A DNA stretch of 64,000 bases from Eledone cirrhosa (lineage: Eukaryota). Location: assembly GCA_964016885.1 (NCBI GenBank), contig OZ024740.1, positions 207,576,001 to 207,640,000 of the forward strand, in the 5' to 3' direction. The position numbers and the translations under genes are program-made. This document shows, one piece after another, positions 55,914 to 64,000 of the stretch. Numbering within the stretch: the stretch's first letter is position 1; every line of letters begins with the position of its first letter. The notes beneath the pieces are model-generated. The model saw nothing but the letters and a program-made list of their open reading frames with translations. It was not told the DNA's origin and did no database searches.

Positions 55914-58165
55914 GCAGTTATTGGATGCAACATTTTTGGAATGTTTTACATATTTTTACTGTTCCATTAATGGATCGTACTTGTAATTTCCTAACTAGTT
56001 GTGTTCTTTCTGTTCCTGTAAAGCCTAGCTTCTCAAGATTTGTATTGAGGCAGTTACTAACATACCCCAGTGCCCCGATAATCACAGGCATTAATCTGAA
56101 GGTGTAATCAAGGTGGAGTATCTGCAGATTTCTCATCAGTTCTGCATAAATATTCCCCTTTTCGCTAACCTTTGATATTTTATTGGCATCTGCTGGGAAG
56201 CTAATTTCCACTACTGTGCATGGTTTCTTCTCCCTCTCCCATATCATAATATCTGGTCTGTTATGCCTGCATTTTATTGGGGTTTTTACTGGAACATTCC
56301 ACCAGTACTCTTTCATATTATGTACGTGGATGTCTTCCACATTGCTTTAGCTTTTAATGTGTTTATTATCGGCGCTATCTTTTTTACGGACTGCATTGTA
56401 CAGTGTTTTGCCCACTACATCATGTCTCATAGGTAGATAGTACTGCGATGATATCTTTGGACAGCTGCTGATGACATGGGTGATATCCTCGATGTTAGTT
56501 CTGCAGAGTCTGCACTTGTTATCACATATAAGTGTTTTGCCTGCATCCCTATCTCATTTGTGAATCAGGTATTTCGTGTTAATTTCCTGTTCTTGGATTG
56601 CAAAAGCGTATCCTTCAATGTGGGAGCCAATATAGCGGTTGTTGGTCCAAGATAGACTACTTTCTTTATCTATATTACTCTCACTCTGGAGCTGCCTGGC
56701 AACATACCCATGCATGATTTTTTGCTGATAAGCATGCAGTTTTTCATCCATGGATTCACTGCGATACTGCTGAGCGACTTCCCTGGGTGTGAGTTTTTGA
56801 TTATCACACAGGAAATATCTCTCGAGGAGTTCCTTCCCAACTCTCATGATCTTATCTGTTTCAGCAGATAGACTTGCTCGAGAGACGGGCTCCTCCGCTT
56901 CGAGTTTCGTAAATGCTGTCGGAGGGATATGATGCGATATTCAAATGCTGTCTGGACTGATGTTAGGTTTATGTCACTGTTGATGTGGAAGTTTCCGGTA
57001 TTGTTTAGTATTTTTCGAGTTCCAACATCAACTGCTCGGATTTCGTCTATCGTCCAATTGAGTAGTCCAAACGTTGGTGTTAGGACAGGCCCATCAAACA
57101 CATTGTGAGCCACTGTTTTGTTTTGCGCAGAGAGTTCCGATGACCAAATCTTTCTTAATCGGGTGTAGTATTCCCTGGTTACGCCGTCCTTATTACAGAT
57201 ACCATTATAAGATATGTTCTCATCTATCCCCAGGTATCTGTAGCAGTCCTCATCAGATATCGGTGAAACAGTTAGACCATTGATGACAATGTTGCTAGAT
57301 TGGGTTGTTGCTCCCCCCGCTTTACACTCATGTATGAGCATTTATCTTGGCCAAACTCCATTTCTATATCCTTTGAGAACGTTGTAACCAGCTCAAGATT
57401 TTTCTTCATCCCATCCATGTTCTTGGCATAGAGTTTCAGATCGTCCACAAAGAAATTATGGGTTAGGTTCGTATTTCTGTGCTCCTGTGAGCCAATGATG
57501 TATCCCTCACATTCCTTGAGCAGAAAGGACAAAGGGTTTAATGACAAGATGAATAATATCACAGAGAGACTGTATCCCTGAAATATACTCCTGTGATATT
57601 TTATTTTATCAGTGAAAATAGAGTCCCCCCTCTCTGTCTTTAACCTTAGGCTAGTAGCCCAAGAAGAAGACAGATTCTCTATGGCTCTGAAAATAATGTC
57701 TGGAACTTTAGCAAGTTGGAGGGCCTCTATCATCCGAGAGTGAGGAACAGAATCGAAAGCTCTCCTGTAGTCCAGCCAGACTGTAGCCATATTCCTCCTT
57801 AGTTGTCGCACCTCCGACATCGCAGTTTTGTTGATTAAGAGTTGTTCAGCACATCCCCAAACCCCTTTCTTTCCAGCAGCGTGTTCATCTGTGATGATGT
57901 TATTATTTTCACAGTGATATTGGAGCAATAGGTTCAGGCAGGCTGTATACATCTTATACATCAGGTTCTGGCATGCAATGGGTCGGTAGTTTTTTGCCAT
58001 GTGGGTGTCTTTGTTCTTGGGGACCAGTAATGTTTGTGCTAATGTCAACCATTCTGGTATAAGAGTATCTCCTTTAAGAACTTAGTAGAGGTTAGTAAGA
58101 TACCTCCGATAGAATATCAGTTTTTTTTGTACGAGTAGCCGACAATCATGTCTCTTCCTGGTCTG
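55914..58165 (-). pseudogene. R4/Dong-like (RLE-type) LINE, 5'-truncated and frameshifted: RT + CCHC + restriction-like endonuclease
   Basis: NYRPIAC, WLDYRRAFDSVPH, IFQGYSLS, FFVDDLKLYA, YRYLGI, AIQEQEINT, HNRPDIMIW..VEISFP, PVIIGALG across consecutive ORFs; adjoins (TATG)n. Confidence 0.88.
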
Positions 58166-58231
58166 TATGTATGTATGTATGTATGTATGTATGTATGTAT
58201 GTATGTATGTATGTATGTATGTATGTATGTC

Positions 58232-59068
58232 AAGGCAGAATTCTAGGAGAAGGAAAACTCTGATATAACACCTGCAACCCTGATGGTATCCAATGATGTT
58301 GACTAGTTCTTCTTTTTGGTAAATATCATCTTGGTTAAGAGAGTGGGACTGGCTTTGTGCAGTGCCTTTGCTCACTATAAAAGCTTCACAGCACAGGCAT
58401 TGCTTTATATCTGGAGATCTCTCTGCATTTGTCATCACGTGGTACCATGGGCCCAACACTATGTGTCAATAATTGTCACAAGTGTAGTGATTGTGCCAGT
58501 TTTCAAGTCGCTGGCTGGACTAAAAAGTCACACTCGTTCAGCGTATCGGTAGGGGTTCTCCTACATGGATATAAAGTAGTGGCCGTACTCGAAAACGAGT
58601 TGGCAGCCACCATGTATGTATGTATGTATGTATGTATGTATGTATTTATGTATGTATGAATGTATGTATGTATGCAGAATTCTATGAGAAGGAAAACTCT
58701 GATATAACACCTGCAACCCTGATGGTATCCAATGATGTTGACTTGTTCTTCTTTTTGGCAAATATCATCTTGGTTAAGAGAGTGGGACTGGCTTTGTGCA
58801 GTGCCTTTGCTCACTATAAAAGCTTCACGGCACAGGCATTGCTTTATATCTGGAGATCTCTCTGCACTTGTCGTCACATGGTACCATGGGCCCAGCACTA
58901 TGTGTCAATAATTGTCACAAGTGTAGTGTTTGTACCAGAGTTTTCAAGTCGCTGGCTGGACTAAAAAGTCACACTCGTTCAGTGCATCGGTAGGGGTTCT
59001 CCTACATGGATATAAAGTAGTGGCCGTACTCGAAAACGAGTTGGCAGCCACCATGTATGTATGTATGT
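58232..59068 (+). mobile_element. Two head-to-tail copies (~440-bp period) of a non-coding element with (TATG)n tails; longer diverged relative at 61180-61712
   Basis: Near-identical 58234-58615 and 58674-59056. Shared blocks GATGTTGA, GAGAGTGGGA.TGGCT, GCACAGGCATTGC and GGCC.TACTCGA.AACGAG with 61450-61705. Confidence 0.8.
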
Positions 59069-59139
59069 AAAATGTAAAAAGAAAAAAATAACACAATCAG
59101 TACAGTATATGGAAGGAATATATTAGGTTAACGCTTGTC

Positions 59140-60018
59140 GTTCTATTGAGGATTAGTGGAGGGGAAGAGCGACGACATACTTGGGAAACTCTAGGCGTCG
59201 ATGAAAATCAACTAGCCAAACTCTTCGGAAGAACTTTCGGGCCGGGCCCTATGGACTACGTCCAGAAATCCCTGGCCTGGCAGTGCTACCGAGGAGCTTT
59301 GCCAGTTCGGGATAAACTCTACAGGCATGGAGGTGCCGTCAGCCGGGCATGTCCGAGATGCACGCAGAGCGACGAAACCGTCCTGCACGCACTCGTCCAG
59401 TGTCCGAGCATTGCTGACTTGTGGGTTTATGTCGAACACCTGCTGTCGCGTGTAGGACGGATCCAGTTATCAGCTGAGTCCATCGTGAGGATTGCCCCGC
59501 CCTCTTCTTTTAGCCGGGAAGAGCAGGCAACTTTTATCTGTCTGGTGGCCATGGCGAAAGAGATAGTATGGTGGACGCGTTTGAAAGGGCTGAAGATGAG
59601 CACTTACCTCTTCGGTGATGCCCTGATTAACCTTTTCAAATTTCATTTAAAAAGGAAAATCAGGGGAGAGAGGGAAGTGCTCTCTTCCCAGTATTTTGTT
59701 TAAAGATGGCTGAGAGAGGCAAGAATGGCCCGTGTGAATGTATCCTCTGAGTATGTGCCTGTAAATTGAAGGGGGAAAACTGGGAGAGGGCACTTGCCCT
59801 GGTGCTCAGGGTCACCGTGGATTTTTTAATGGGCTTTCTCCATGATGGCCCTCGGAAGTCTCCCCCTATTGGAGAACTTTTCATTGTTTCTTTTTTTTGT
59901 TGCATCCTCTGTTTTTGTTTTTCTACACGCAGAAATGCCCATTTGTACCGTCCTGTATTGTCCTGTACTATCCTTAATGTCTTACTTTGTGTAAACTTTT
60001 GTGGTTAATAAAGAAACC
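59140..60018 (+). mobile_element. L1/Tx1-clade LINE 3' end (zf-RVT CCHC region + 3' UTR)
   Basis: LAWQCYRGALPVRDKL..CPRC..DETVLHALVQC..W motif; T-rich 3' UTR ending in AATAAA. Confidence 0.8.
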
Positions 60019-60019
60019 A

Positions 60020-60842
60020 TTATTATTGTTATTGTTCTTTGAGTCTCAGTCATTGATGTTAGTTAACTGGAAAGTTTGTTGAAATGAATATCAAGCCACT
60101 ACCTGCAGCCTCAGATATTCAGGACGTATCGGAAGATTCTTGCTGTTCCCAGCAAGCATGCCTTTTGAAGTGTTCCAAAAAGCGGAGCGGGGCCAATTTT
60201 CTTTAACCATCCCTGGAAACTTTTTGAGATAGTACCTAGTGCGCCTTTGACAATCGGGACCACTTTGACTTCATGGCAGTTCCAAATCCTTTTTACCTCC
60301 CACTTTAAGTCCTGGTATCGGTTAGTTTTTCCCTCTCCTTCTTTTGCACTCTCGTGTCGAATGGGCAGGCCACATCCACAATCAGGCACGATCTTTTTTC
60401 CTTGTCCAAAACCACCAGGTCAGGTCTATTGTGTTCCAGTTTCTTGTCCGTCTGTATCCTAAAATCCCACAGCACCTTCACCTGATCGTTTTCTATCACC
60501 GACTCTGGCTTATGCTCATACCACTTCTCAGAATGTGGCAAACTGTTTACTTTGCATAGGTGCCAGTGGATCACCCTGCCCATCATGTCTCCAGCCTTTA
60601 TAGATAGTCTGGGCTAGGTGTTTACACTCGAATACAATGTGAGCCACAGTCTCCTCTCTCTCTCCACAGATCCTGCACAGTGGGCTAGCCTCCTCCTTGT
60701 AAATATGGTGTTTCTTGCGCAGCCATTAGCATTCCTTCTGTAGCTTTTTTAAGGTTTGCTCTTTTCAACCAGTTCCATGTCTGTGGATCTCTGAATTCAG
60801 TTTTCTCAAAGAAGGTCCTATGAAGGGATTTTTCATGAAGGC
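60020..60842 (-). pseudogene. Dong/R4-like LINE 3' fragment between (TAA)n tracts
   Basis: TEGMLMAAQE, CRIC..ETVAHIVFEC, KVLWDFRIQTD..HNRPDLVV..IVDVACP, YQDL..VVPIV.GALG..LQKACLLGTARI. Confidence 0.88.
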
Positions 60843-61022
60843 TATTATTATTATTATTACAGCTGCATTTATCTTGCTTTATGTTCATGCGAGTTATCAC
60901 CAAGTCACAACCAGTGACCTCAAGAGACAACAAGGTCCGCCATGTTCAAGAAAGAACATACATACTCACACATGCATCTTTAGTGTTTAGACTTGTGATG
61001 TACTTATATTGACAGAATTATT

Positions 61023-61053
<31 letters not shown>

Positions 61054-61066
61054 TTATTATTATTAC

Positions 61067-61103
<37 letters not shown>

Positions 61104-62002
61104 ATGTGTGTGTGTAAGTATGTATGTATGTATGTATGTATGTATGTATGTATGTATGTATGTATGTATGTATGTATGTCGGGTCATTCTTGAGTGCTAC
61201 TGGTAACATGTAACCCATTATAACTTGTCGCATGGTCGGGTCGTCGGCGACTAAACCGGCAACCCCACCAAGTTTACTTGGTGAGGAAGGTGGTTTTGGA
61301 CACCCTGCAGGACAAAAAACATAACTTGACAAAGGGCGGAAGAACTCATAAGAGTCAACGGCCATCCAAAAGTGTGTAAATATGTATATACACATGTACC
61401 GCGCGGTTAAATCACTGGGAGTGAAGGACTCTTAGCCTTTGTCAGGGCATTCTTCTAGAAGTAAACTGGGATAACTCCTATACAAAACCTGCGCCTCATT
61501 AGCTGCCGATGATGTTGATCTTTTCTTCTTTTCGGGTTATTGCTACAGTCGCTCAGAGAGTGGGATTGGCTCAATGCACAGTCTTGCTTCACTTAAAAAA
61601 AATATCTTCATGCACAGGCATTGCACGATAGAATTAATTAATAATTATTAACAATGGTATATCGTGCAATGGCCATACTCGATAACGAGGGGGCAACCAT
61701 TATGTATGTATGGTCCCGTAACTTCTGATAGAGTCGTAGGGGTGCCGTATTGACAGGCAGCATTTTCCGCCTGACAGAACGAATTCTTCTCCAGGCCTGA
61801 GTACAGCAGATTTCTTCCAAAGAATGATAGACAGTGCGAGAGCGAGAGAGGAAATGAGAAATACATATACAGCAGAATCAACCCAGTACCAGACTGGTAG
61901 TTTTTTTTATCGATCTCGAAAGGGGGAAAAGCAACGTTGACCTCGGCGGGATTTGAAATCAGAGAGCAGAGAGCACTACGAATTCCATAAATCATATATA
62001 TT

Positions 62003-63350
62003 ACTCTTTTACTCTTTTACCTGTTGCAGCCATCCGGCTGAGGCCATGCTGGGGCACCTCCCTTGTTGCTACACATTCTATCTCCAGCCTGTGTTGGCTG
62101 GCCATTGGTGTAAGATGGAGTTCGTTGCTGCTGCCCTTAAGTTACCTTCGTACCGTGCTGTGGGTTCATTCGGGATCGTGGATAGCAAGGTGTCGAGATG
62201 TTTCTTGAAAATATCCGCGTCCACACCATGCAGATCTCTCTAATTCCTTGGCAGGTTGTTGAAGAGTTGAGGGCCTTTGAACCCCAGGCTATTGCAATAT
62301 CTTCTCCTTATTCTAGATGTGAAAGACGGGACCTTTGGCACCACACATTGATGTCCTGTTTGGAGGTTGGTCCAGCTCTCAATGGCAAAGTTTGGTACTA
62401 GTGCCTCCAGTATTTTCCATGTGTATATTACTGCGTATCTCTCTCATCTTCGTTCCAAGGAGTAGAGGTACAGTTCTTTTAGCCTCTCCCAATAGCTTAT
62501 CTCCTTCATCGTGGCAATCCTCTTGGTGTAGCTTTGTTGGATTGCCTAAAGCTCCGTGGTTAGTTTGATACTATGGGGTGAACACAGCTGGGAGCAATAG
62601 TCCAGGCGGCTTAGGACAAATGTCCTCCATAGTATCAACATGGTCTCTCGGTATCTTGTCAGGAAAGTCCTCAAGATCCAGCCAGCGAGTCGTCTGCACA
62701 TTGTTGCTACCCTCATGATGTGTGAAGAAAAAGATCCATCGTCGCTCATGTCTATCCCCAGGTCTCGTATCGATTTCGACACGGGAATTTCGATCCCTCC
62801 TGATCCGGTGTAGCTGTGTTGTACTGTCCTTGTGTTTGCAGGTTGGTATTGTAGCACTTGAAATTTTCCAGCATTAAACTGTATGTTGTTCTCCTCAGCC
62901 CATTTGTATATGGCATCCAGATCTTATAAAAGGTCAGTATCAGCCGAGTTTTTTTTTTTATTGCTGTGCTACTTTTCTGTCACCAGCATAGCTAGTGAGG
63001 GATGGTGTATGTATACAGAGGGCATGTCTGAGCGAGCCACAAAAAACAGTAGTGGTCCCAAGATTGTGCCCAGGTGAACTCCACTTGTTATTGATGTTTC
63101 CTTTGAGTGGGCCTTATTAGCTGCAACTGTCTGGCTTCTGTCTTTTAAGAAATCATGCAGCCACTCACCTACTTTTCCAGTTATGCCGAGTCTGTGTAGG
63201 TTGTGACATATCATTCCGTCAAAGGCTTTGTCAAAGGTCTTCGCAAAGTCAAGATTTATCGCGTCCACATGTGAGCTGTCTAGCAGTTGTTTCAGTACCC
63301 TGTCATACTGTTGTAACAGCTTTGTAAGACAGCTTCTTCCTGGGCGAAAG
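62003..63350 (-). pseudogene. CR1/Jockey-group LINE RT and 3' end, degenerate
   Basis: DAINLDFAKTFDK, SGVHLGTILGPLLF, FNAGKFQVL, IRDLGI, SRLDYCSQL; short TACTCTTT repeat tail. Confidence 0.85.
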
Positions 63351-63809
63351 AAGTATGTCTTGCTGATCAGTAAGACATACCCCTTTAAGAAAACCCACTG
63401 TACAAATAAGAAATGTGTTATATATAAAATGAACTCCGAGTTAAAGTGTAAAACTATAAATGTTGTCTATAGCATAAGATGTACAGAGGGTACTTGCAGA
63501 CACAGGACAACGACATACATAGGTGAGACAGCTCGAAGCATAGGAGAAAGAATAGACCAACACTGGGGGAAACTAATAGGACAAAAAAAAAACGGTTTAG
63601 TACTATATGAACACGCCAGACAACAACATGACGGTAATATAGACAACATAGAAATTGAAATAATATCTAAGCATAGAAATGACTCAACAGGTAGGCAAAT
63701 CAGAGAAGCAACTGAGATAGAACTAAGAAGACCAAAGTTGAACAGGAAGACCGAATGGAATAAAAACAACCATACCCAAACAAATAATACTGACTTAAGG
63801 GAAATATAA
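63350..63809 (+). pseudogene. GIY-YIG endonuclease end of a second Penelope-like family, 5'-truncated
   Basis: C..NVVYSIRC....C....YIGETARSIGERIDQH..LYEH..H..RQIREATEI..PKLNRKTEW. Confidence 0.85.
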
Positions 63810-64000
63810 ATAAATCAATATATACACAAGTACAATAACAACAAACACATATAAACACACTAGTAAACAAAGATTGAATACAAAAACACATACACTCAAA
63901 CGCGAACACACACATCAAACATTATACACACACGCAAACGCATGCGCAGCGAAAGAGACAAGGAGAAATAAATAAATAAATAAAAATAAAAAGGGCGTAG

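Noticed and set aside
61180-61265. HDV-like ribozyme at the 5' end of the TATG-tailed element
   Set aside because: P1, P2 and P4-like pairings are suggestive, but no P3/L3/P1.1 could be placed.

Overview
AT-rich, microsatellite-dense eukaryotic (metazoan) DNA with no recognisable host gene. The SINEs resemble octopod cephalopod SINEs as I recall them, so the organism is an inference. Almost all long ORFs in the track are artefacts of (TA)n, (CA)n, (GGT)n and (GAT)n repeats. Real coding remnants are retroelements: an uninterrupted but 5'-truncated Penelope-like element (PLE; RT + GIY-YIG, Naiad-like) at 182-1864, further PLE pieces, and fragments of R4/Dong, CRE, RTE, L1/Tx1 and CR1-type LINEs. 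There are also tRNA-derived SINEs, hAT-type MITEs, a Helentron-like element and two large minisatellites (24-bp and 32-bp units). The main hidden signal, found by manual folding, is about 12-13 sequence-distinct families of type I hammerhead ribozymes (HHRs, more than 20 copies), two of them with the compensatory U3-A8 core. They sit in ORF-less 430-620 nt units inserted in (TA)n as partial tandem, terminally redundant or back-to-back inverted copies. In every inverted pair that could be oriented, the sense strands point outward from a central junction. This looks like a diverse retrozyme-like system of non-autonomous elements mobilised by PLEs.
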